The notes: generated from the letters alone by a model not told the origin. DNA of 64,000 nucleotides from Ginglymostoma cirratum (GCA_024137785.1 JAHRHZ010000087.1:19634029-19698028), one strand, 5' to 3'. Shown: positions 25,354-38,094, counted from the stretch's first letter. Numbers and translations: made by a program.

Positions 25354-27085
25354 GTTTTTATTCATTCAGGTGATGTGGGCATTATTGGCGAGACCACATT
25401 TATTGCCCATCATCAGCTGCCCTTGAGCAGGTGGTGATGAGCTGCCTCCTTGAAGCACTGCAATCTTTTTGCTGTAGGTTGACCCATAATGCCATTAGAA
25501 AGGGAATTCAGGATTTTTACCAAACGACATTGAAGGAATGATGATATATTTACAGGGGTGCGTGTAGCTTACAGGGGAACATGCAGCTAGTTGGGTTCTC
25601 ACGTATCTGCTGCCATTGTCCTTCCAGACATAGCAGTTGTGAGTTTGGAAGGTGTTATCACGGCAGCATTGATGAACTTAGTACATGCAGATAGTACATG
25701 CTGCTGCTACTGAGCATCAGTGGTGGAGAGAATACATGTTCGTTGATGTGATGCCACTCAAGCAAGAGGCTTTGCCCTGGATGGTGAATAACATCTCAAA
25801 TGTTGTTGCAGTTACACTCTTCCAAGCAAGTGGGGAGTATTACTCTTGATTTGTGCCTTGTACATGGTGGACAAGCTTTAGGGAATCGGGAACTGAGTTA
25901 CCTGCTACAAGTTTTCAAATCTCTGACCTACTCTTGTAGCCATTTTCTTTAAATGGCTAGTCCAGTTCAGTTGCTGGTCAATGGTAGCCCCCAAGATATT
26001 GATACTGGGGATTCAGTGATATTAATGCCATTGAAGGCCAAGGGGGGATGGATGGGCTCTCTCTTTTTAGAGGCAGTCATTACCAAGCACTTGTGTGGCA
26101 CAAATGTTACTTGCCATTTGTCTGCCCAAAAATAGATATTGTTCAAGTCTTACTGCAATCGGATATGGACTGAAGAGTTGAGAATGGTGCTGAACATTGT
26201 GCAGTCATCAGTAAACATGCCATTTCTATCCAGATTAAGACGGTGAGATGGTCATTGATGAAGCTGCTGAAGATGGTTGGGTGAAGGATGTTCCCCTGGA
26301 CTCCTGCAGAAATGTCTTGGAGCTGAGGTGACTGACCTCTAACAACCACAACCATCTTCCTATATGCCAGGCATGAATTGAACCAATGGAGAGTTTTCCG
26401 TGAGTCTAGTTTTGCTAGAGCTCCTTAATGCCACACTTGACCACTCGTAGCCTTGATCTTAAGGGCAGTCACTTCCGTCTCATCTCTGGAATTCAGCTCC
26501 TTGTCTGTGTTTGAACTAAAGCTGTAATGAGGTATGGAGCTGAGTGACCCTGGCAGAACCCAAACTGGGCATCACTGAGCAGGTTATTGCTGAGCAGGTG
26601 CTGCTTGATAGCACTGTTGATGACACCTTCCATCACTTTACTGATGATCGAGAGTAAACTAATGGGGCAGTAATTGGCCATTGTTGAATTAGTCCTGCCT
26701 TTTATGTACAGGACATACCTGAGCAATTTTTCACATTGTTGTCTAGATGCCTGTGTTGTAACTGTTCTGGAACAACGTGGCTCTGGGCTCGGAAAGTGCT
26801 AGAGCATGAGTCTTCAGTACTACAGTCAGAATGTTGCCAGGCCCATAACCTTTGTAATATCTAGTGACTCCAACTGTGTCTTGACATCATGTAGAGTGAT
26901 TCAAATGACTGAAGAGTGGCATTTGTGATGTCAGAATATTCCAGAGGAGGTCACAATGGACCTCCCATTTGTACTTCTGGTTAAAGATTGTTGCAAATGC
27001 TTCAGTCTTATCTTTTGCATCAACGCGCCAAGCTCTCCATTACTGAGGATGGGGATGTTTGTGGAGTCACCATTGTTCATAGTTG
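25354..27085 (-). mobile_element. L2/CR1-group LINE, 5'-truncated (RT and 3' tail)
   Basis: ANYCPISLLSIISKVMEGVIN...SDAQFGFCQGHSAP, GVQGNILHPTIFSSFIND; tail (reverse complement) gggcaataaatgtggtctcgccaataatgcccacatcacctgaatgaataaaaa. Confidence 0.9.
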
Positions 27086-28897
27086 TAAGTCAACAGCCAT
27101 TCAGACAAGTAAGAAAGAAAGGTTTGCAAAAAACAACTTTGTGACAATGTCCACTACTAATTTGTATGTTTTCTGTATTCCACAATGGTGCGATTTACCT
27201 CCCAATATATACACACAGACTAAGTTCCACACATGAAATGCTAACTCTCAGGTTCTACCTTTCATTATTTTGGTTGATGTATGAATTTTGTTTGGTCTTC
27301 ATAGGCTGAGTAAATTCATGCCTTGCAGCAACAGGGTCACACAAAGTTTAATGTTTCCATTAACTTCCAAATACCTCAGTTTTTTTTTGGTAAGGGCAAA
27401 TCTTGGCACCTTGCCTTATTATTTCACCAATGAGGTCACAACACGAAAAACGTTTCAAAACTTTTAGCTTCAAAAAGAAATACAAGTTCAATTGAGACTG
27501 AATTGCCTAGTTTGGATTGTTGGTTCTCAAGGATTAATTTTTCATATGTATGTACAATTGTGTTGAGGAATTATTTACAAATTGGATTATTATAAGTGTC
27601 ACTATTCATAGCATGTATACATGTGAACAATGCAGTTAATTATTTATTATTAAATAGCATAACATTTTTTCTAAAAATGTGCTAAACTAAATTTGTGACT
27701 TTAAACACAATGAGAGAAAAATGCAGCTAAGTCTATTTTTGAACCGGGGCTTGGGACTGTAAGATTTGATCATGCCCCAACCTAGTGGCCCCAAAGCTTG
27801 AAGCTGGTTCATGGCCCTTATTAACATGTACATGTAAATTATCACTGCCTGTTGCACCTCCATGAGTAGGTTGCTCACAACTTCCAAGAAGGCGCATGCC
27901 GAGCTGCTTGTCTAACAATCATTGGCACCAGTCCAAAATGGGATTTACTGAAATAGTCAACGCATGGGGGATTATCAAGATGATTGTGGTGTTGTGGAGC
28001 ACTCTTGCTCCTCATTCTTTCTGCAGAAGGTTTATATGAAACCAAATCTTCAGTTGCCAGCCATTGCTTAGACACAATAAAATTTCATTGAGGCAACCTA
28101 ACATAGACATCATGTTGCACAGTTGCGTATTTTTGGGACCCAATGCCTGTTTGAAGGGGCTGCCAGAGAGTCCGTAAAAAATGCCCTGATGCAATTTTGG
28201 TTTGACAATTTCTCATTCCCCCTTAAAGCAGGAGATTTTTTTTCCTGAAACTGAGCTTCGTGATGCTCACTTTTGGCCTGTATGATTGGCATAACTATGT
28301 CTAATTTCTACACCAATGTTTGCATTTACTACAAAAAGATATCAATGTCAGTAACCAGTTTAATTTTTGTCTTATTCTCGAACGCAGTGCCACAAGAGGT
28401 ATAGTCTTGAGTGCTGGGTAATTATTTCGAGATGCCTGTCCACATTATTGTTGCACAGTTAAGCTCACTGCACTGTTCCCTGACCAGGAGCTTTCCCCCA
28501 AATCTTAAATGACTAATCTCAAATTAGCCCTGCAGAGCAAGGGATTCCAATTTCTCTGAATTGTTATTTATTCTGAGAATTGGTGCTTCATTTCAACAGA
28601 ATTGCACAAAAACCCACAAACAGTTTCTGTTCAGCGGCTTTACTATGCTCACTCTTATCTGGCATGATTGTCAAAGATCTGGGAAGAAAAAAAAATGTCT
28701 TTTGAATCACTGATATTCCTTTTCAGAGCCTGTTTAACATTTTGGATGCCTGAACTCCATCACCAACAATCCTGATAATGAAAACTCATTACAATGAGTC
28801 TTGAGCATCTTGGACCAGATGGCTCGACTGCACTTTTCTCAATTTTTGTTGAGCTTTTTTTATCCTCACATCTTGTACAACGCATTAACAATATTGT

Positions 28898-29590
28898 AAG
28901 ACCATAAGACCATGAGACATAGGAAAAGAAGTAGGCTGTTTGGCCCCTTGAGCCTGTACTGCCATTCAGGAGGATCATGGATGATCTGACATTTCACTTT
29001 CCTGATCTTGCTCCATAACCCTCGATTCCCCTATTAATCAAGAATTGTATATATACATAAGGACTCTGCCCCCCACAGGTCTCTGCAGCAGAAAGTTCCA
29101 AAGACTCACAACCCTCTGAGAGAAGAAATTCGTCCTCATCTCAGTCTCAAACTGGCATTACTTCATTCCGAGACTCTTTGGTCCTGTACTGTATGAGGGG
29201 AAACACCCTCTCAGCCTTTACCCTGTCAAGCCTCTTAAGAATTTGATAGGTTTCAATGAGGTCATTTCTCATTCATCTAAACTGTAATGAGTAGAGTCAC
29301 AACCTTTGTTCATAAGACAATTCCTGAATACTAGGGATCATCCTATTGAATCTGTTGAAATTCTGCCAATGAAATTACATATTTCATTAAATAAGGAGAC
29401 CAAACTACACACAGTACTCCAGGTGTGATCTCACCAGCATCTTGTACAATTGCAGCAAGACGTCCCTACTCTTATACTCTAAACCCCTTGAAATAAGGGC
29501 CAATATTCCATTAGACTTCCTGATTGCCTGCTACAACTGTGTGCTAGCGTTCTGTCTTTTGCGGACAAATATTCCAAATCCCTTTTCAAG
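28898..29590 (-). mobile_element. CR1-type LINE 3' fragment
   Basis: Tail accataagaccatgagacataggaaaagaagtaggc, followed by the reverse complement of LVRSHLEYCV*FWSPY and EYKSRDVLLQLYK. Confidence 0.9.
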
Positions 29591-29634
29591 AGTTCCATTA
29601 GATATAAATCCTCATAAATTATAGTAAACAGTTG

Positions 29635-29970
29635 CATACTGGTAATGTCTTTATGCTCGCAATATTGGTTCATAATCACATCTTGGCAGCTGGTAGAAGT
29701 TAAACTCAAGAAATTGATTAAAAATCTAAAGAGAGAGCTGGTCTCAGTAGTGGTGACCATGAAGCTGTCATCCATAAAATCTCATTTGTTTCACTGATAT
29801 CTTCTTGTGAGGGAAATTTGCTGTTCCTCTCTAGTTTGGCCTAGGTCTGATTCCAGATATACAGTAATGTGACTGACTGGTAAGCCAGTCAGCTCAAGTG
29901 ATATAAGAGATGGACAACAAATGCTGGTCTTGTTAGTGATAGCCACTTCCCTCGCAACAATCATAAAATG
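29635..29970 (+). mobile_element. tRNA-derived SINE with L2-type tail, decayed
   Basis: Homologous to 39798-40106: tggcagctggtagaagttaaactc...ttcactgatatc...agggaaatttgctgttc...gatggacaacaaatgctggtcttg. Confidence 0.7.
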
Positions 29971-30005
29971 AAAGTTTATCTTTTTTCCTAAGCTCATTTC
30001 ACCAA

Positions 30006-30372
30006 GGATGGCATTAGGTGGCTTGTAGGTTAGCACTGCTGCCTCACAGTGCCAGGGACCTGGGCTCGATTCTAGCCATGGGTGATTGTCTGTGTGGAAT
30101 TTCAACGTTCTGCCTGTGTCTGTGTGGGTTTCCTCTGGGTGCTCTGGTTTCCTCCTACAGTCCAAAGATGTGTCAGTTAGGTGGATTGGTCATGATAAAT
30201 TGTCTGCAGTGTCCAGGGATGTGTAGGCTGGGTGGATTAGTCATGGTAAATTTGAGGTTACGGGAATAGGGTGGGGTGCTGGGTCTGGGTGGGATGCTGA
30301 TTGGAGGATCGGTGTGGACTTAATGGGCTGAAAGGCCTTTTTCTGCACTGTAGAGATTCTATGATTCCATGA
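30006..30372 (+). mobile_element. HE1-type V-SINE
   Basis: ttagcactgctgcctcacagtgccagggacc, V-domain, and tail gcactgtagagattctatgattccatga. Confidence 0.92.
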
Positions 30373-30429
30373 AAGTACTGCAGTGGTTTGTCTTTACCTT
30401 CTGCAGGCTGGCTGACCAGGCGACTCTGC

Positions 30430-30612
30430 CACTCTTACAGCCTCATACTAACCCTATCATAGGTGGTTTGACAGGATTTACAGGCTAGCAATCAACTACC
30501 ATGGCTACATTGTAAATACACCTTCAATGGTCTACAAATCCTGGCAGGTGACTTGAAGCTAGAGCTTCTGACCCAGAGGTGGAGTCACTCTCAGTGCAAC
30601 GCAAGAATTCCT
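30430..30612 (-). mobile_element. tRNA-headed short SINE, decayed
   Basis: Reverse complement head ...gtgactccacctctgggtcagaagctctagcttcaagtcacc, similar to 54597-54665. Confidence 0.45.
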
Positions 30613-32251
30613 GTGAAAATACCAGTATTTGCGAGGAATTACTAGAGCCATTGTAACAACTGTTTCAAGCTTGGAGCTCATTTTTCATTTCAAATTACAT
30701 TCACAGGAAGCCGTCATTTCAAAATCGGTGCACTTCTACAATTTTATTTGTAAGGAATAAAGTATGATGAAAAGCAGTGCTTGGAAACCCCATCTTTTTG
30801 GGGAAACATATGAAGATCTGGCTCTAAAACATGGAAATTAGAACAATCTGGATTAGTTCACCAGGGGATACTCCTCTAAGACTTGAATGAACGTACACTG
30901 TGGTAAGGGTTTGGAGGGCATCTTAAAGTGCAGCGGTCTGAGCTAGACCAGACTTGGCAATCTTTGGTGCTGACAACGAATGCCAAAGAAAGAAATATGT
31001 TCTGTTCCATGTTCAAATATACAGTAAAATATATCGCATAAAATATGTAATGTAGTCAGTAATTTGTTAGAAATACACAAGGTAACGATCAAAGTATTTT
31101 GCAAATGAATTTAAGCCCTTTCCCAAAGCGGCAGCAAATTTAGTTATTTAAATTGTAACATTGTGGATATACATTCAGAAAAAATATAACAATCTCAACT
31201 GAAATACTAATTATTCATTTTCTATATATAAAATCCCACTGTACTACCTTCTTGCAAGTCTTACATTTCAAATTAACACAGTAGAAAGGAAAAAAATAAT
31301 TGAATTCACGCTGTTCTGTGTGAGTAAAAGTTGACACCAGCTAATGTGATAAATAAACTAAACTGTAAATTATTTTTCACTTACTGTTCCTTAATTACAG
31401 CTAATTACGTGATTGTGAACCTTGTAAGTTTGGCAGTATTATGTATTTAAGTAGCGTGTCTTAGCTCCATCTGTTGAGAAATGTTACTTCAGAGAACAGC
31501 ACGGTTTCACAGTCAGATTCAGTGAAAGTGAAATTCTAACAACGTATTATGGGGGAAAATGAGTAAATAACCTGTCGACAACCTGTCATTATGGGAAAGT
31601 CTGGAGACTGTCATTAACCCTGCAGTATATTATGAGTGTCTCCCTCTCTCCCTTATTGTCTCATATGCGCCTGGAAAGGCAATGTAAGCTAATGTATGTG
31701 TGTTTGTATGTCTTTGCTGCATTAGTTGAGAGGATGAAATGCCTTCAATTTGACAGGATAGCTCAGCTTCACCTGTGCTGGGAGCACAATTTCTTGCTGG
31801 CACTACATTTAATTTTTAAGGGTTTCTGTTTGGTTTACAGTAGAAATTTGATTTCTATACAGTTAGTTCTCTTTCTCTTTCTCACACACATATACAGCAC
31901 ACTGCACCCGCCCCCCCCCCCAACCTTCAATGGATAATAGGTATACAGTACCCATCTGTGAACAAAATATTCCTACCGGCACGCTGGAACTTTGGTATCA
32001 AATTTGTTTATTTAGTCTGTTCCCAATACATGGGCAGACATTTGAATCAAGTTTTTTTTCTTACTTAATGGTCTTTCACTGGGTCAATTTATTTGTCTAT
32101 TGGTACCGAGACAAGTTACTTGTATTCACCAAATCCTTATTCTATCTCTGACAAAACTGTAAAATAATTAAGTCATTAAATAACTTGCCAAGGCCTTTTA
32201 AAATGCCTACATCTGTGCTTTAATGGCACTAGGTATCGGGTTAATATAAAT

Positions 32252-32580
32252 ATCATAGAATCCCTACAGTGTAGAAAGAAAGGGGCAATTCAGTCCATCA
32301 AGTCTGCACTGACCCTCTGAAGAGCAGACCCACCCCTAACCCCACAGTGGTTTTTACCATGGCTAACCCACTTAACCTACAAATCCCTGGGTAATTTTTC
32401 TGAGTATGGCCAATCTACATCTACAGACTATGGAAGGAAACTGGAGCACCCAGAGGAAACCCATGCAGACAGAGGGAGAATGTGCAAACTCCACAGAGAC
32501 AGATGCCCAAGGCTGGAATTGAATTTGGGTCCCTGATACGGTGGGGCAGCAGTGCTAACCACTGTGTCACTGTGCCACTC
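32252..32580 (-). mobile_element. HE1-type V-SINE
   Basis: atcatagaatccctacagtg tail...ggaaactggagcacccagaggaaacccatgcagac...ggcagcagtgctaaccactg head. Confidence 0.92.
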
Positions 32581-34198
32581 GTACATGGTTCAAAATCTTT
32601 CAGTCAGGGAAGAGCTGAGTTACATTTCCATCATTGACATTAATCATAAAGGTCATATTACAACATTCAAAATCTATTTATCATCTGCAATGTTTAAGCT
32701 GTTAGTGAGCTATGTACTATAACACCAGCACAAGTCAGTTATTAGCAGATATATATTGGTGCTATGCCTGCCCTTAACTTTGTGAATTGTCAGTAACCCT
32801 GTTTTCTAGATGGGCAATAAAATTCTTTTCAGGGAGAAAAGATTTCTGATCAGATTTCTGGAACCTGCCTCAGGTGCAGCAGTCACTGGCACAAGGAAGG
32901 TGCAGTGAACCATATGCACCAATGTCTCACCTCCACTCATGTGTACGGGAGGGAGAGTGTGCCTACAATCGTGGTCACACTTCCATTGTAGCCACTGAAG
33001 ATCTTTAAGGCTTGCTAAGAGCCTACCTTTCCATCTGGTTTACATTATTTTACAGTTTTGTCAGAGATAGAACGATGATTTTGGATTTTGTGGAGGTGCC
33101 TGGCATTAGGAACTTCCTGCCTCAGGTAAGTTGCAGGCAGGCATTAAACTAGTCAGGGGTGAATCAGGGAGGCCAGCCACATTTTGGAGGATCAACGCAA
33201 TGGCCTTCCTTTGAAGGAAAAGTTGTAGCAGTCCATCACAGGTCAGGAGTGTGGCTGGCATTCAGACCTTCGACAGTTCAGCAGGTGGCCCCTTTCCTGG
33301 CATTACATGAGCACCCGATCAGTGCGAATGGCTGTTTGAATTCAATCTAAGAGCCAGGAAAGGAATAGTTGGAAGTGGTTGGTCTACCCTTTTCCCTTTC
33401 ACAATCAAGACCATTGGAAATGGGAAAAGAGCAGCCTAGATAAGAAAGGTAAAGCTCTGGGTATCAGGACGCCACAGGAGAGGAACAAAGGCAACAAAAG
33501 AAAAAGGAACACAACCCAAAGTACGAGGTCTCCAGGCAGAGCTGAAGGGACCTGGGCATAGCTGAGAACTAGTCCTTAGCTTTGTACTATCATATACTGG
33601 AAGATATTACAATGGCCTCATTACAGTAGACCATATTAAAATTGATTTGAAGCAAAGAAAACAAATTGGCTTTCAGTTAAAAATATGGATAAGCAGAATA
33701 CAAGCAAAATTAATGGTAAATTAATGAAATTTAGCTCACTTTTGGGCATTACCAAAATAGCTCAATAACATCTTCGGCCAACATATTGAACAATTTTCCC
33801 TTGAGTATTTTCTATATAATTGCAGGCATCTGGAAACTGAGCAATTTCAGCTCAGCCCCAAGGTATGATGTAGGAATTACAGTTGAACAGTTGTTTTTAA
33901 AATTTAGCAGCACACAATGCTGGCATCATTTAGTTTAATAACAGAGAGTGGCACTTATAACAGACGATCTGTCCAAACAACACAGGTGTTATTTTCCAAT
34001 TTTGCAATTTTAATCCTTCCTCATGAAGATGGTAACTCACACTAAGAAACCATTCTGTGCGCTCTGGTAACCAGCTTAGGAATCCATTCCTTTTATGTAA
34101 CTCCTTTTATGTCAAAGAGCTGGCATGACTGTCACCATTGGAGGACACCACATCCACTTCAAAGCTTTTCTGATAACAAAACTCTTTAACCTAAGCCA

Positions 34199-34270
34199 AG
34201 ATAACAAGGTGTGGAGCTGGATAAACACAGCAGGCCAAGCAGCATCATAGGAGCAGGAAAGCTTGACGTT
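34199..34270 (-). mobile_element. Penelope-type short terminal repeat, left arm of an inverted pair, running into the gap
   Basis: The reverse complement is nearly identical to 48090-48160 (about 2 mismatches in 70 nt). Confidence 0.85.
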
Positions 34271-34670
34271 NNNNNNNNNNNNNNNNNNNNNNNNNNNNNN
34301 NNNNNNNNNNNNNNNNNNNNNNNNNNNNNNNNNNNNNNNNNNNNNNNNNNNNNNNNNNNNNNNNNNNNNNNNNNNNNNNNNNNNNNNNNNNNNNNNNNNN
34401 NNNNNNNNNNNNNNNNNNNNNNNNNNNNNNNNNNNNNNNNNNNNNNNNNNNNNNNNNNNNNNNNNNNNNNNNNNNNNNNNNNNNNNNNNNNNNNNNNNNN
34501 NNNNNNNNNNNNNNNNNNNNNNNNNNNNNNNNNNNNNNNNNNNNNNNNNNNNNNNNNNNNNNNNNNNNNNNNNNNNNNNNNNNNNNNNNNNNNNNNNNNN
34601 NNNNNNNNNNNNNNNNNNNNNNNNNNNNNNNNNNNNNNNNNNNNNNNNNNNNNNNNNNNNNNNNNNNNNN
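34271..34670. other. Assembly gap (400 N)
   Basis: Run of N. Confidence 1.
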
Positions 34671-34768
34671 ATTTCTGAAGAAGTGTCTAGGCCCGAAATG
34701 TCAGCCTTCCTGCTCCTCTGCTGCTGCTTGGCCTGCTGTGTTCATCCAGCTCTATACCTTGTTACCTC
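34671..34768 (+). mobile_element. Penelope-type short terminal repeat with hammerhead-like core, right arm of the inverted pair
   Basis: tttCTGAAGAagtgtctaggcccGAAAtgtcagccttcctgctcctctgctgctgcttggcctgctgtgttcatccagctctataccttgttacct. Confidence 0.85.
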
Positions 34769-35102
34769 AACATTCTATTTGTCTTCCCTATTACCCACTG
34801 AATTTGGATGGCAACCTTTTGTAAATCGTGGACAAGGACTCCCAAATCCCTCTGTTCCGTAACTTTCTGCAGTCTTTCATCATTTAAATTACTTTCACCT
34901 TTTCTATTCTTCCTGCCAAAATGCTTAAGCTCACATTTCCCCATATTATATTCTATCTTCCAAGATGAGGAAAGTGAATATGCAATAGCCAGGTTTGCAG
35001 ATGACACAACAATAGGTGGTGAGGATGACACAAAGAGTCTGCAGGGGTATATAGACAGGTTAAGCAAGTGGGCAAAATTTTGGAAGATGGAATATAATAT
35101 GG
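34769..35102. mobile_element. CR1 fragment with internal inversion (minus part 34769-34963, plus part 34964-35102)
   Basis: Plus strand ARFADDTTIGG...YIDRLSKWAKFWKMEYNM; minus strand continues WKIEYNMGKCELKHFGRKN...QRDLGVLVH. Confidence 0.85.
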
Positions 35103-35104
35103 TG

Positions 35105-35882
35105 CTTCTTCTCGCCATTTTCCTCTCAGTTGGTCACTGTTATCTAGGTCCATCAGGGTTCTTACATTCCACAATCCAAAATTTACAAGTCTTCGTTTCT
35201 AACCGCATGTTGGTAATCCCTCTGGATGTGGTTATCTAGTCAGCAGTTTTGAGGCAGGCTATTTTTAGGACACCTTTTCCAGCCCCACTCCCACACTGTG
35301 GTGAGCTCAGTGGATCCTAAACAGGTCAGTCATGGGTGCAGCTGCCGAAATGCTCGCTCTGCCTCACCCGGGAGCAAGAAGACTGAATCTGACACCCACC
35401 GCCTAATTCTTCAGTTTGTGACATCGGGCTTCCAGATATCATAGTCCTGTCCCCTCTGCCACTAGCTGGCTGCCACAGGACTTTTGTCCAGAATGTAACT
35501 AGGACTGGAACCTCCTGGGAAGATGCCTGTGCGTGACGTCTTTTAACGTGGGAGGCTGTTGCACAGACAGCCACCAATGGACCTTGGCAGAGAGGGGTCA
35601 AAGCCCAGTAGCATGGATACCAAGATGACTGGCAGGTTTTCTCTGTTGCAGCCTTCATTTGCCTTTGCAACCATTGTGATGCTCTAATTTAGATTCAGCT
35701 TTCATCCTCTGCCTGCTCTACTGTTGAGGTCTTCATGGATTGTGCTTTGTTTGGAACCTCTCCTTTGACCTTACCATCATGGGTGATCCTGCCAGGACCT
35801 ACACTCCAGACAGTTTAGCTCTCGGGTTTCTAGGCACACACCAGGTTCTCCATGACAACAAGGTGGTATTCCCCGGAGAGGC
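35105..35882 (-). mobile_element. RTE LINE 5' portion (5' UTR and start of the endonuclease)
   Basis: Minus strand WNVRTLMDLDNSDQLR is the RTE APE N-terminus (TWNVRTL..DRPER); upstream sequence resembles an RTE 5' UTR. Confidence 0.75.
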
Positions 35883-36059
35883 TTACGTCGATAGGGAGGC
35901 AGAGGAATTGTCTTCTGAATTGCAACTGCAATGAGAGTAAACAGTTCCATCAAACTTGACTCCAGTACACCAACATCTCCTTTGTTCTAACAGGAGAAAT
36001 CAATCTCTGGGCAGAATCTTCTGAGGCATTGAATGATGTAGTTTTGGCGAGGAATTTGG

Positions 36060-36545
36060 GAGAACTATACAAGATGGTGAGTGAGGCCTTTCTCAAGAAT
36101 ACAGGCATTGTGGCAGCTCGCAGGATATCAGGCACAAACTTGTAAGAAGTGGTCCCAATGATCACAGATGATTTTTGTGTTGATGAATTGAATTGCGTTA
36201 AGATCTGGCCCTCTAAATATGACGTGTGTATAGGTTATTGCATCCTGTACCTGGGAGAAACCAACTGTATGGCTAAAGCCTCCTGCTGGGGCTACAGCAC
36301 TGACCTTGTCATGGGAAACAAGATGAAGCGATGGGATCTGGCGCAAATGGCAATAGTCACATGATACATTTGTGGGTGGATGATGATCCACAAGGTCCCC
36401 AGTGACTTCCTGGAATGAACGGGCCATGTAAAAGTTCATCACAGCTGTCGCCTTGATGACCAATGTGATAGGATTGGCAGAGTTTAGTTACATCCTCTGC
36501 CTGAGTCAACATAGCACCTCATTCATTTGTGGAAAGTGGCAACAA
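36060..36545 (-). mobile_element. PIF/Harbinger DDE transposase relic (HARBI1-like family)
   Basis: IKATAVMNFYMARSFQEVTGDL...GFSQVQDAITYTHVIFRGP...QFIN..IICDH..HFLQVCA*YPASCHNACIL matches the Harbinger motifs LNFYA.GSFQ, GFPQVQGAIDCTHV and CARYPGSCHDAFIL. Confidence 0.88.
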
Positions 36546-38094
36546 GGCCAGAAGACCCTGGCCCTTCAGCTATGACTTCTTCATATGGAGAATGTGTAGC
36601 GTTTGCTGGAGGTTGCTGCTGGGCCCAGGCTTGCTGGAGCATCTCGTCCCCTTCCATTTCTCATCATTGTCGCTGTGAAGTGATTGCAATCCTGCTGCAT
36701 TTGAGGCCTCAAAACTTGGTTATGGATGGTTATTGGGATACGAGGGCTATCCACTGCAACCTTGGCTGCCTGCTCTGTAACACAACCTCCTGACCGAGGC
36801 AGAGTGTTGATATAATGCAGCCCATTCCTCAACCATAGCTGTCGCGGAGCAGATGATAGCCCTCCTGAAGATGACGCTTTGCTGCATATAGTCCAGAAGG
36901 GTGTGCTATTGAATCCCAGCATGCTGTGCTCTGTATTTCTGGAGCAGGTAACAAGTGGATAAGATGGATGCTGACAAACTGAGGTAATGGGAGCAGTCCT
37001 CCAAAGAAGAACGAGGACATTGAGCATTGGCAACATTATCTTTTATAATGGTATAGTACAGCAACATTGGTCATCACAATCCAGACAGAACTTAACTGAT
37101 GCCCACTTTTAACAGATGACAGCCTTGTGCTTTCATCATTCATTGCCATAAAGTCATTGACACTCAACATGCAAGTAATTTGTTTCTGTTCCAAGAGGTG
37201 AATGCAGCTTTTGTGGGTGTTATTTCTGTTTAATTTTAGTGTTGCAAATAGAATTGAATGTTTTGAGGTGAGTAAAGGCTTTCCTGCATGTGATTGTCCC
37301 AAACTGAGCAATGAGAAGATGCAGAGCCACGGTGGATGTTGTGGAAAGAGTAGCAAGGTTAGAGGCAGTTATAAGATCAGATGTGACTAAGGACTGATGA
37401 GCTGTGTGGTCTAGTGCTTAAATAGCAATAGGTGTAGGAATTTGCAGTTGTATTTGCAAGGAAGTGTCAGCCATGCCCCCTCTGTGCTTTGAGAAGTGTT
37501 GGTTTGTGGCTGTTGTGTGACTACGTACAGAGTGAATGGCAATTCCAAACTGCCAACTCTTGTTTGAGAGTAAGACTGGGCGTCCAAGTGTTTGATGCCA
37601 GGATGTCAATATATCCTGAGGGTGGCGAGTACTTCCAGCTATGATGAATAGGAGAATCGTGCTAGCATTGGATGACAAGTAGATGCGGTAGGTAGTTAAT
37701 AAGGTCGTTTGGAGCAGCCGCATGAGAAATTTTGCTAGCCCTTCTGGGCAGAATCCATCTGTGAAACCCAATGAAAATGGCACGTTTTCCAAGACATGGA
37801 AAGATTCAGCCCAATTATATATTTTAATAATTGAGGACCATAGCATTTATTAATTGATCCTAATTTTCTTATGTTTAAATAACACTGACTTAGATCACTG
37901 TTTTTAAAATATTTTTGGTTAATTTATGCTTTATTTAACCATGAAGGATATACATAGGTTGTTTAAATTTTATCAAGAACTTCAACCCATAGTTAACGGT
38001 TGCTTACGCTGTCCTTACCACAAGAATAGTTTTCCATTGCTACCTCCATAGGAAAACCAATTAGAGTTGAAATATCAACCACTGAGCACTTTTT

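Noticed and set aside
34211-34862. ORFs of 155 and 199 aa
   Set aside because: Artefacts of reading through the N gap.
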